A stretch of DNA of 44,359 nt, counting the filler, from Catajapyx aquilonaris (lineage: Eukaryota), in assembly GCA_000934665.2 (NCBI GenBank). It is 2 parts of 2 records of this genome, joined end to end, with 100 filler letters (N's around TTAATTAATTAA, not from the genome) between each part and the next. Parts side by side here need not be neighbours in the genome. Positions count along the whole stretch, not along the records: positions 1 to 22,134 come from JYFJ02005913.1; positions 22,235 to 44,359 come from JYFJ02005914.1. One strand, written 5' to 3'. This document shows positions 13,801-26,121 of the stretch, in pieces. Below the pieces are notes generated by a model, which was given only the letters and a program-made list of their open reading frames with translations, did not search any database and was not told the DNA's origin. Position numbers and translations under genes: made by a program. Numbering within the stretch: the first letter of the stretch is position 1; each line of letters starts with the position of its first letter.

Positions 13801-16800
13801 GGCACTTGATAAATTATTCCGTTTGGGATTGAGCCCTACCCCGGATTGTCGAGTTCTATAACCCCCGGGCAATTACCTAAACAGTGGTTGCGCTAATTTG
13901 ACACACACAAACACACATACACCCCAGTACTGAAACTTGAATGGGGGCGCGGGGGGTTGAAACTAATTTGCGAGGAGCTCTTCTTATGGCGACCAAATGA
14001 AGCTCACTTTCGCGCTTATTTACTTGAACCGCAACCAAAAGCTGTTGTCTCATCTAGCTCATCCTTCACACCAATGTGTCTCGAAAGCTGGTTAAGTTAC
14101 ATGCAGTAAAACTGAACCAAATGCAGGCAACATTGAAAACTGATGAGGCCAAGAACAATTAGTGGTGCAATGGGCAAATTATTAATATTGGAATTTGAAG
14201 CTGAATCTTGCATTACTGACCATGCCTGACTGGGGTCTGCAGAATTTAGACCAGCAAGTGTCAGGGTATAAACGGCGAACTTACACTTCAGGAGACTAAT
14301 TACAATTTCATGTATGGTCTTTGCCCTTTATGGCCCTGGGGGTGTCCTTTGTTATTCAGAATTTCTCTACATGAGTGGGCAAAGTATATCGCTTGGAGGA
14401 AAATCACTCTGCCAGATTATTCGCTCCTAGAAGTGCAGTGTTGACAAACACGCCTTGCATCTTTCCCCAAGTTTCCCAGTGCACTGTATAACATGCACTT
14501 TGCACAAAGGTCCTGCTGACAAGCTAATGAGCTCGTCGCCAGTAGCAAACTCCATACATGTTTTCTGAACCCTGATGGAAGGTGGCCCCTTCTTCTGGCA
14601 ACTAGCTATCTAAACTGCATTTTGTGGTCGTAAAATAGTGAAAAAGCGGTCGGGGGATGCTCGTTTTCGACAGGTCATTGACTCCCTGCCAGCCAAAGTG
14701 GCCACGGTCAGTCTTGCCCCGAGGGCTTTCTGCCCTTACAATCCAAACCAACATGAAGCTAGTTTCAGGTGGAAAAAACAGGCACCTGTTCTATGGGTGA
14801 GATCGCCTCATTTCAACAACACGTGCTGAAAAAAAAAAATGTTATTGACAACAATGTGCTGCATGTCATGATAGAAATCGTCCTCATGAGAAAGGCAGGC
14901 GCCGGAAGGACGGTGGAATGCATCAGGCGACGTAACTGTCACTTTCTCCAAACTTACATATGTGTTAGCTTCCGTATGACTCGTCCTAAGAAGCCAACCC
15001 GTTTTCTGTTCAGTGTCAAATTAATTGACTGAAATTGAGCCTTTGACACGCAAATAACAACAACGCCCGTCCTATTCAAAGGAATGTCTCTCCCCCCCAA
15101 AAAAATGAGAGAGAGAAGGGATTCTCTTGGATAGATGATTTTGGCGATACGCCCCAAGCTGGTGCAAAGTAATTTGGAGATTAGGGCGCGGAAAAGCGTT
15201 TAGCGGAGCAGAGCGGTGACACCTCAGCTGTTTTCCATCATTCCTAGAATCGATTATCGTAAAACAGCGGCGCTCTTAACGCGTCGGAATTAATGTCCGC
15301 GGGCGCACACTGAATGCAGATCCTTTTCCGTCTCCGTTGATGTTACCCATTTGTAAAGTTTACCTAATCCATACTATCGATTTGTGGGTACTAGCACACA
15401 CACACACACACACAAACGGAAAAAAGGAGGTGTAAACTATGCCTTTGAGAGGTCCGACACAATACAATTTTCTTTTCTGTCCGTTGATGGGCTTGAAATG
15501 GAAACTCATCAACAAAATTCTCCAGACTCGTTCATCACTCGAGCGGAGTTCAATGCTTTGAATTTCGATTCATTTGCTAAATTTAGCGACACACCCTCCA
15601 CACAGAGAGACGCAATCTTCGTTTTTTCCATTGCGCCTGTAATTGCGCAAGGGGAGGTTGCACGAAGCGGTCGTGATAACCGTTTACAGCGATTAGCAGA
15701 CACGGAAGGCTGGAGAAGGAACTTGCAGAAAGTAAAAGGTATTTAGTCGGAGATGAGGGAACGGAAGGGTGTCCTGTGCAGACGGTGTCTGTCGTGTCGC
15801 TTTCAATCTCTACCTACTATATGGAAAGAGAGAGACTTGGACTGTGAAATATTATCAGGTCTTTTTACGAGCCAATCTTCGGGATGGTCGTTTCTCACAT
15901 TTTTGTGACACTCTTCAAATTAAGGTGTCAGATTTCGTAACTAATTTTTTTGATGCCTCAGGACTGCGGAAGGTGCAGAAAGTAGGTCAGAATACGATAT
16001 CCACTTCGTTGTACAGCATAACAATGTACAGTACATGCGTATACGCGCTTATGCCGTTATATCACGCGACGTAATAACACACAGGACACACACACAAAAA
16101 AAGAGTTCCACTTTCTCCAGGCATTATTCTGTTAGCAAGACTGGAGCAAATGTAACAATCTCCATGCAATAATTGTGCGACATGAACACGCCCGAAAAGA
16201 AAATATTACACAAGCAGGCACACTTGGCCCGGAGAGCAAAATGAGGACGAGTTTTCCCTATATACTCTAATCTCCTGGAGTAATTACAGTCTACTTCCTT
16301 GCATCGCTGTTTTTTTCTCCTAAGCATTTCTTTTTCTTACCGGGGACTCCAGCAGTCTCTAATAATGAAAAATGAGTCTCTGGAGGTAGAGATGGAGAAG
16401 TAGAAAGCTGCAGCGCTCCCAAAATGAGGAACCTGACAAAATTTTCTCCGTGTCATTAAAAAGCAAGAATTTTTTTAAAAGCACACGGTACACCCAGCTT
16501 TTCACACTGCACGACTCATGGATATGAAACTGTAGAGGTTCATTGCTAGTCGGTGCACAAACTTATTTACATGCAATATCCGACGGTGTATGTTCAGTCT
16601 CAAAGCCTGCTGCGGGAAGCAAAGGGCAAGTTGATTTGGGCCGCATTAAAGAAAGGAATACAATAAAGAAGACGTTCCTCTTTGGTCGCAGGAAAAAAAG
16701 GGAGAGATTTGGGTGCAGTGAAAAGGAATCACGCTTCCACTCAGTTCCCAGAAGTGGAAAGTAAAAAAAAAGGGGGAGGAAGAGACGAGAAAGAGTAAAA

Positions 16801-19800
16801 AAAAAGGAATCTGAGGGTAAGAACTTCCTCCCTTCATTTCTTCTGCATCACCAAACTCACACCCGAGCTGACAAGGCGAAGAGTAAATCATCAGGAGGAG
16901 CCCATATTCTCACAATCTGGCTTCACTTTCCACTGCATTGGCCCCCTGGATTCTCTACGCTGCCACCTCTCATTCTCACTTACTCAATATTCCTCCAGCA
17001 CTGCTTCAAGTACCAATCACTTTATCGTATCTTCCATTTTGTCATACTTTAGCAGCAGATACGACACTCTCGCGGAATGGGGGATGTCCATTATTGAAAA
17101 TTTTTTAATGCGCTGCGGTTTTTCAGAAAAGCGATACCCAGCAGCTAAAAAATTAGGTCTCACTTTCAGAACTATTGGCAACATTATTGGCACTGATACA
17201 CCACAAAAGATTGTGGACACAATTTGGCACACGACTTTTTCATGTTTTGAGGGGAAATCAATTATGATTAGGGCTGGGAATATTGTACGCATCTGTGGGA
17301 GTCAGTCGAAGCAGGCGTGATGGAAAGCCCCGAAACACACACAGACACAAAAAGTGAAACAAGATTGTACAGAAACCCAGGGCCGGTGCCCAGGGAGACG
17401 AACAAATTTATTGTCACCCGGGGAGGAATAAAGTATAGTGAGGGGGCGCGTCACAATTCCAGAGCCAGCAATCTGCAAATCGAGGCTTCCCAATCCTGAT
17501 ACACACACAATCCCTCCCAGCAAAACCAATCGAACGAGCAACTTTTGGCTCCCATCTACATAAAATATGTATATAAGTATAGAAGGCCACTCAACCATAT
17601 GTTTTTTCTTCTTCTTCGTCTTAGTGATTCTCTCTGTCTTCTTGTCTAGCTTGCATTTTGACCTGGAACAATGGCTTCAAAAGGGGGGAGGACACGTCTC
17701 CTTTCTCTCCTTGTGCAAGATGCTTTTCCCCCTCGAATAGGTCTGACTACACGCGCCGAACCATTCAAGACACCTGACATTTCCTACGACATTTCCAACT
17801 ATGCGGGACCCTCTGCATGGCGAGAAATGCGTGCTATATTGCAGCAGGGGAAGTCTTTGTTCTCCTTTTGTAACATGATATTTTTTCGTGTGGTTCAACC
17901 TTGTACAGTGGAGCTATATACGCATCCGCAATAAATAATAACGGAAGAAAAAAAGAGAAGAAGATATCCTTCGCTTGTTGATGTCAGGCCGGATCTCATT
18001 ATTTTCTACGGAGGGGAACAGATACAGATTTTTCTTGAATATCAGAGAAAGAAAAATGCGAAATTCACATGGCCTCAGGAGGTGCAAGGATAATGTGCTG
18101 TTTTCGCAACATGATAATGTCATTACCCTAAGAACTTTATGATAAAAAATACCTTGCACTAAAGCGAGCTAATTATAATTTTACAACAAATTTAGTTGTT
18201 TTCACTTTTGGATGTCAGGAGGTATTAAATTGCGGCAGTGTAACCAGTGCTAATCCTGTAAAAACATTGTCATAAAAATTCCATGGGCTATATAGTAAAT
18301 GTGGTAAAGCACATTTTCATTGTACTTTTGCACTGCACGTCTGCACATGGACAAGTTCCAAACAATTCCATACGTTAGCTCTGCAATATCCATGCAGAAA
18401 GTTTTCCATTGTACGCAGGAAGCTCCACAAAATGTGTGTAATTGTCAGGACACAAATACAGCAGGGAATTCAACAAAATAGTAAAATATTTGTTCTGCGT
18501 AGCATCCCGCAGGCTTCCTCTTTCAATCTCGAACTATACAGTATTGTTTAATATTAACAATTGTGGATTCTACCCCCTTCCGCCCACAAATCGAAATACT
18601 GCTTGCCAAAAACTGCACACTTCAGCCCCCTAGTCCAGATTAATATCCCCACCGCAAAAAAAACACTCTTCTGGCTCAACACCAAGTGTAAATATGAGTC
18701 TCGCAACGAGTCGTCAAAAATTAAGTGTGTTTCCGGCGTCCAGGCGAACACCAACCAGTTAAGGGCGGCAAGTGCCAAAATGAAAACAAATCCCAGAGCA
18801 ATTTGGAAGTGTGCAGCACTTGGAGAGAAAACAGTAAAAAAAAAAATTCACCTGCGGATGATTTAAGCGAAAGCATTCCCAGGCCCCGGCTTCCGAGGGA
18901 GAAAATTGGAGAAAGTGGTGCTAAGGCAAAATCTGCGGAATAAAACGGGGACTCCCCGGAGAAGAAGCCTTCACCCGCGGCTTCTTCCAAGTGTATCAAC
19001 TATATGAAGTTAAGAGTTTATTCGGCATGCTAAGTGTTTTCTGAAACATCTAGTAGCCCTGGGAGGCCAGCCAAATATGCCTGAGTCATTTTTTTCTATT
19101 TAATTTTTTTACATATTTTTCTTAGAGGAAGTGTCCTACATATAGGACGCTAGGCAATACCTGGGTTTAAAAACTTGACAAGAGTATATGGAAATTGTCT
19201 ATATATACACACACACTGAGTTTTTCCATCTTAAAAAATATATGAGAAAAGCAACTTTCTTAATTCGCCCACTTCGAAGTCCAATTACCCAAACTTCTAC
19301 ACACTGTCATAATTTTCGCACTAATTCCTCTTGGATTAAGCGGTTGGGTGGGGAGGTAGCCTCCCTACACTTGCAACAAAACTTGCCCATTTTATAATTT
19401 ATGGAAATACTTTGCGCAGGAGACCACATGCTCTTCCGGAAGCTCCGGGAATTATCGATGCCGCGGGACCCCCCAATTGCAGCGTCCGTATAATTCCGGA
19501 GTAGACTAAAACACCGCAACACAGTGCCGGTGTCTTCATTTCCATAATGGAAGGGACGCAACTGCTACGGATTATATAAAAAAATAATATGGGGGACACC
19601 AAAAAAAAATGTCACTCGCAGAAAACAAAATGTGATTTGATCGCGCAGGCTGTCCGATGTATGCCCAACGAAGTCTCGCCACACATGTACATGTCCGAGC
19701 CCTTTTCCAGATATAATTAGTCGGGCAGGGCAATGACTGAATATACAGCACATCCTGTCATGTGGGTCCCATATGGCCCACAGGCTACATTTCGAGAAGA

Positions 19801-22134
19801 ATGCGACCGTATGCCCGTTGAAAATACAGCCATTTTTGTATACATGGACGGTTAAAAAAAGCACACTCAGAGGATGGTCTATTACAAAGAATTAACCCGT
19901 GAAATTCCATTACTTATGAATCAAACAGCAGTTAGCGATACTTGGCACTTGCAAGTGGTTTTCATGCAGATAATATTAGGTTTCTTGGACAGTCGGACTC
20001 ATATTAATGAAGGATACAAAAATTGGTCCAATCAATATTGATGGTCGATGCCAATATTTATTGCACAGCAGCTCTTTTCATGAAGGTTGGGTGTGTCTGA
20101 GTGTATGTAAGCGAGGCCCAGCATTATAATATTTTGTAAGCGAGACTGGCCAAGTGCGAAACGCCCAACTGACATTTTTTGAAAGGCTAAAAAGAGCGTG
20201 TAAGCAGAATATACACACCGAGCAACACCAACTGGCCCGAAATGTGTGCGCTACTGAAAGCGTGTGCGGTGCAGCTTGTTTCCTCATTATTGTTAAATAT
20301 TTCCGGGCACGGCATGCTGCAGAGTAAGCAGGTATTGCGATGTATCACCGAGGTATAGGTATAGTAGACAGAAAATTACTCAACAAAAGAGGAAAGAGTA
20401 CCACGGTTTAGGTCCTCCCTATACACACTCTGGCCTTTTTTTCCCCCCACAAAACATACAGGCCTAATTTACGGTAGCGGAGTATCCCACTTTGCATGCA
20501 AGTTGTTTGCATAGGTGATGCCTACCAGCATTGCGCCGGTTGTTAATATTTACGCGCGTTAATGTCTCACACCAGAACACCCCCGCGTGCTGCAGCTGGG
20601 GAAGTGTGTCTGTATGTGTGCTCGGAATTCAGACCGAAAAAACTAATTATCTCCGAAAGTTCACATACAAGTATGTTCAATTGAACGTGTCGGAATTGAG
20701 GTGTATATGCAACTGAAAGTAGATCTTTGTCGCGATGTGGTATGACCGGTTAGTTTCTCCTGGTGAAGCAGCAAGTACCGTTGATTGCGACCTTCAAACT
20801 GCGGGGTGTACACAGCATGAGGTTCATTTCCTCCAGGCCCGACATAAAATATTGTCCGAGTGTAAATTACTGAGCCCTCCAAACAGTAAGCAGAAACGTG
20901 CATTTGAAATTCAACGTTAGCCTTGCTTAAAAATACAAGTGCTGTGCTTTTCAGAAGCATATGCTAGGGCCGGAAGCAATCGTAAAATGAGATGGCGCAA
21001 AAAGCTATAGAATTGAGCCTTGGTGCGGTAAAAAAAAATAGTTGTCAGAAAGGTTTGATGAATAATATTTTATATGAAAGAAAAACCGCTTAGAAGATGT
21101 TCTAAACAAATAATTGCTATACGATCTGAACGAAATTTCAAGGTCGGAAGGATCTTTGGCATAAATTGCTCAAATTTACGAGTTTTGAATCACTTGCAGG
21201 AAATGTGAATTCCTAATGAAGGTGGCTATTAATAGACACACATTGACAATTCTGTATAATTGAAATTATCAGCGAGGATCTAGAGCACGTACGTTGCACA
21301 CCAACACATCCGGCACGCAAAACTAGGATAGGAATGCACGATTATGCAGACAATGCTTTCCTCCGTGTAAGGGATCGTGAGTTCGTGACAAGAATTGGCA
21401 CAAAAATGAAGCAGAAGAATAAGGCTGTCTATACGTTACAGGTAGCATACATGTTTCCAACTACAAAAGTGCATACTAACAATGCACACACGTCTATGTA
21501 GCCTATATGGATCCATAACAATGTATAGCTTCAATATGTACTATAATGTATATAGACCCACGCATGATTTAATTGAAAGTTGAAAGTGCAAACACAATGC
21601 ATATACCTTGGATATTGAACCTGCTTTGTTTTTTTTTTAAATGAAAGAAAGAGTGAATCAATGGCCTCTTATTATTAAGCCCATAAAGATAAGCACACAT
21701 GATATTCAACCAGTCCCTTTCCATTTGAAGGGAAAGTCACTTTCATCGCGCGCAGGAAAAGAGAGGACAAGAGGAGCATATGGGCTAGTGATTTATCACC
21801 GTCTCTATCCTACACTGCAACTCCTATTGGCGACCTATCGGCCTCAATTTCTCTAGGTGACCCTCTCCAATCGTGATTCAAATCCTTTCTCGTGTCATAC
21901 ATCCTGGAATAAACCATCTGATTTTTTTCGACCCAAAAAAGTGATAAGTCCACATCCTGAACCAAACCGAGCGGCACATATACTGTATAACGCTTGAACA
22001 ATAATTACATGGTACCGCTACAGCTAAATCAACAAACAATCCAACAATATTCTTACGGCAGGTGGCGTACAGCATCCTGCGTTGTGGATCGATGAATTAT
22101 GGAAAGTGAGCTACGCAACAATTAAACAATAAAA

Positions 22135-22234
22135 NNNNNNNNNNNNNNNNNNNNNNNNNNNNNNNNNNNNNNNNNNNNTTAATTAATTAANNNNNNNNNN
22201 NNNNNNNNNNNNNNNNNNNNNNNNNNNNNNNNNN
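22135..22234. other. Artificial assembly spacer/gap
   Basis: Exactly 44 N + TTAATTAATTAA (22179-22190; stop codons in all six frames) + 44 N = 100 nt. Confidence 0.95.
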
Positions 22235-22299
22235 ATTCCCATCCTAATCCCTGCTGATGAAAAGGATGCCATCAAACTATATAATAGTGTGGTGCTTAC

Positions 22300-22932
22300 A
22301 GAAGGCGATGGTGGCCAGCTTGACGTGTCCACTGACGCACAAGTAGAGGCCGTAGAGTGCTAATAAGTGCAGTATAGCTATTGCGGTCACGTTGAACCAG
22401 ACTATTTGTCTGGTGGCTTTGTATTCGGTTTGGGTCTGGCTTATGACCTTAATCTGCTCTGTGGGGACCTCAACATCATTCTCGCTCAGGACGCCAGTCG
22501 GGGTCGACACTGTCAGAGTTTTGGTTACACTAGTTTGCCTGGAATGAGAAAAAGAAAAGTTGTCAAGTTACGGTCACAAAATAATTGCGTCTCATATCCT
22601 AAACGTCAGTGTTGCTTTTGAAAGCTAATCTGCTGGTGAAAACCCAATGTTTTCGAAAGCGTTTGTTGGATAGAACAGATTTGGACATCTGCTTAGTAAA
22701 TGTCTTAGAAAATTGCGTGGCGTGCATAATTACAAATATCTTTTATCAACATATCTCAAATCCCAATGTACTTGGGCCATATGAAAATTATTTCGTTGAT
22801 ATGATACGCAAAAAGCACTGAACAACATACTGCAAAATTGCGACATAAATTTGTTAAAATTGGCAATAAAAATTTGCTTGTCAGAAAAAGTAAGTGAAGC
22901 GTATCTTACCTGTATAAAACTTGGGTAGCCAT
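22300..22932 (-). CDS. SCD: Acyl-CoA delta-9 desaturase, copy B, partial (coding exons 1-2 only; rest lost at assembly gap)
   Basis: Exon 1 22932-22910 ([16 protein letters not shown]) and exon 2 22538-22300 (239 nt, T|GTAAGC) match copy A in size and phase. Exon 2 is 60/79 aa identical to copy A. No His-box exons are visible left of the gap. Confidence 0.9.
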
Positions 22933-23000
22933 TGCAGCTTCAGGATGTAAGTCCTTCTGCCAATATGCAGGAGCACTCTCACTACAACTCCTTCAGAGGG

Positions 23001-23036
23001 AAATGAACGATGGTGAAGGCTGCCAGCCTTTTTATA
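23001..23036 (-). promoter_or_regulatory. Core promoter of desaturase copy B (TATA + Inr-like)
   Basis: Minus-strand gcatgTATAAAAAGGC (TATAAA 23036-23031) and TCATTT (23006-23001), with the Inr A 32 nt from the TATA. ATG at 22932. Confidence 0.72.
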
Positions 23037-23386
23037 CATGCTCGTTATCAGCAGATGAGTCGGGTGATGGGGTTTGGCTAGGAGAATTATTGACTTTAGG
23101 TCCAAAGAGTTGTACCCTCATTCGACTTTCCAGTCAGGTGAGGTTATCAAAGGTCCATTTCTGCACGCGAATATCAGACTTTGCTCCCTGTCACGTCTGG
23201 GAGGGTGGCATCAGGCCATGTTATCTCTTTCGTCACCTAGTAGACTTGGCAACTCGATAGCAGGAAGTAATGTCATTCAAATTGCTGGCTATGTGAAATA
23301 ACGGTTCGCTAAATTTACGATTATGTCTCATAAAACGAATTGCAATCTAGTCAAATTATCTAGTCAAAATGTCTGGTTATATTCCC

Positions 23387-23462
23387 AATTCGCAATATTT
23401 AATTTGTTCAGTATACTGAACAAATTAAATATTGCGAATTATTACTACATGTAGTAATAATT
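23387..23462. repeat. Two abutting perfect palindromes (54 bp and 26 bp)
   Basis: AATTCGCAATATTTAATTTGTTCAGTA|TACTGAACAAATTAAATATTGCGAATT (23387-23440) and AATTATTACTACA|TGTAGTAATAATT (23437-23462). Confidence 0.95.
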
Positions 23463-25445
23463 TTCCATGACAAAACCGAGCCTAAGAGCAAGTTATTTTT
23501 CCTTATTAGTTCTTCACTAATCTAAGGTGCTGCAACAATGGGCTAGACTACATTTGGTAAAAATGGAGAAAATGAAATCTAACGTTAAACTTATGGACAA
23601 CTTCATTTATTGCACAATGATACAAAAAAACTAGAATATTTTGTCACATATTTGAAAAGTTTATTGCAAGTTGAAGGTCATGAATGAATGAATATTATCC
23701 ATTACAGCCCATTGTTGCAAGAAGCTCTTCATAGGATGAGCTGCTGTGTATTGCAAACTGCACGAGCGATTTATAATTATTAGACTGTTTTACATAAATG
23801 TTTACATTATCCTATTCCAATGTGACTTCCTTTTAATTTTAAAACTTGAGAAAATCCAAATGTTATAATTGTGTATGGTGCAATGGTTACGCCGTATTGG
23901 AATGTCATGATAGCTCAGTGACAAAATGCAGATTGCGACAAAATTGGTCATGCAATCCTTATTGGCAAATATTCTGATGCAACTATGAATGATCATGCAA
24001 AGAGAAGCTGAAGGAAGTCCTTCATACATTCATGCATCTCAATAAGGACGTCTCTGACTGCTTACTCGGCATGATTTCATCTCGTGGAGATCCTTCCCTG
24101 ACATTTATAAGTAACGTATTTATATCATTAATCAGGTCTTTTGCAAGAAAGCGTAAATAACATTTAAAATAATATTTCAATTTCATATCTAGTGCATTAA
24201 TTGTGCCTTTTAACTCTCAATATTATATTTTAGGCCTACAGTATTGTCATATTTTTACTGTTTCATAAATTCTTATTTAGCCATGCTGCTATGTCAGTCA
24301 TAATTTCCGTGCTTGTTGTTAGTGTATTTTGTCATAGTTGAAGGTCGTTCGTTTTTAAGCAAATAAATTAGAAAATTGTTGATTATTTGTTGAGAATAAC
24401 TGGGCATAATCGGCGATTTTTGCTAATTTTGTTTCACACAACCGCCCCAAAATATGTTTGAAATATATTATTCTGTTATTTTTGACCTGTTTTGCGTTTC
24501 TGATTAAACATCGGTGTAATGCATGCAAATAATTCTGGCTAGGAGATAACAATATTATCAGGCAGTAAATGAATATCATGAAACAAAGCATGTCTGTACC
24601 TTGGTGACATAAGGCGTGAGACCGCGATAAATCTGAAGTGCTACCGGGTACGGAGAGATTAGATGTGTTTGTACATCTTCATGTTCACGAGGTAAGAGTG
24701 TGTTCCACTCGATTTGTCACTTCAGCCCCACCCTTTTACCTCATATATTTTTTTATTTATGTGTACAATCACGTGCAAGGTCAATGTCAATTCAATACAC
24801 TGTCACCATGCTCAGGTAGTGACTGTCATATCTTGCATTTTTTGTTCTCAGTGAAATTTATTTATTTATTTATTTGTTTGTAATTAAATTGAATTGACTT
24901 TTGAACCTATACCTGGTGCATGAACTTAAGTGCTATACCAACGATCATAGGCATTACATATTATTAGGTGATGACATTGCACGAAGTTCATCGATTAATC
25001 GATCCATCCTCCAGAAAAATCCCTAGAGAAACTCCCGAATCAAGGTGAAAAGTGTGCAAAAGACAGCAAATAAAACCAGATTAAAAATGTAGTTAAACAC
25101 ACAACGAAATTTTGAAGAAAAAAAAAATCATTGCTCATGCAACAGCTCACATGTTTGTTTGTAAATGCAACGCAATGATATTGATTTGACCTTGCTGTAA
25201 AAAAATAACTACTCATTACCTGACTAACTCGTGCGTCATTAGTCCATTGCGTTGCATTTGGAACGGTACTGTCAATAATGTATTTAAATTCAGCGAACAT
25301 CCTGGCTGCAAACAAAAATTCAGTGCATACCCCAGCTATATCGTTTTAAGAAGAAGCAACATGTTAGTACCAAAAATCATCATTCAATTGTTGTGATTGT
25401 TGCTTCTCCTGCAGCTGCTAGTAGGCCTACTGTTTTCTGGTACTG

Positions 25446-25458
25446 TGAACTTTGACCC
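25446..25458 (-). promoter_or_regulatory. HNF4-type DR1 element
   Basis: GGGTCA-A-AGTTCA on the minus strand, between the two desaturase copies. Confidence 0.4.
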
Positions 25459-26121
25459 TGTACCTCTATATCTCAGGTTTCATATTGTTCTATAGGGGAA
25501 AAAATCAGCATAATTTATGAGAATGTTGCAATTTTAGTTTTTGTGACACTGTAAAACTCAGATTTGATTATTTGACTGAAAAACTTGAGTGGAATAAAAT
25601 AAGAGAGGATATTGGGATTACCGTCGCAGGTATTGCAGGGCCGACTATCTTCTTGCACGTTCTGTGGGATGAAACTTGCAGAACACAATTTGAGCTCAGC
25701 ATAAATACCAAATAAAAACACCACAAGTGCATTAATTGTCGCTTACATTTTATTTCATAAATAAAAATATTGACCAGCGGTGTCACATGATACTGCAACT
25801 GTACTGAACGACAATTTAACTTCCCTCGAAATAGGAACTCCCTTTGACGAGGTTCACCTTCCCGACATAAATAAACACTCCGTATAAAAGATAAATTCGA
25901 GGAAAAAAAACAAATTTACAGAACATATTATTATTATTATTATTAGGTGAGTGAGCGGTGGACTCCTACTTTGACTTTATTATTCTGGTCCATCAGGTTA
26001 CTGTGGGGAGAAGAAAAAGGATCACAAGGTTGGGAGGTGACAGGGTAACAGAGTGTATACCACAACCATCCTTTATAGCAGCACCAACATGTGTACGTAT
26101 GTCTGTCTGAAACTCACAAAT

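Noticed and set aside
17017..17320. Opposed ~92-aa ORFs with a transposon-like flavour
   Set aside because: No recognisable motif, TIR or TSD could be defined.
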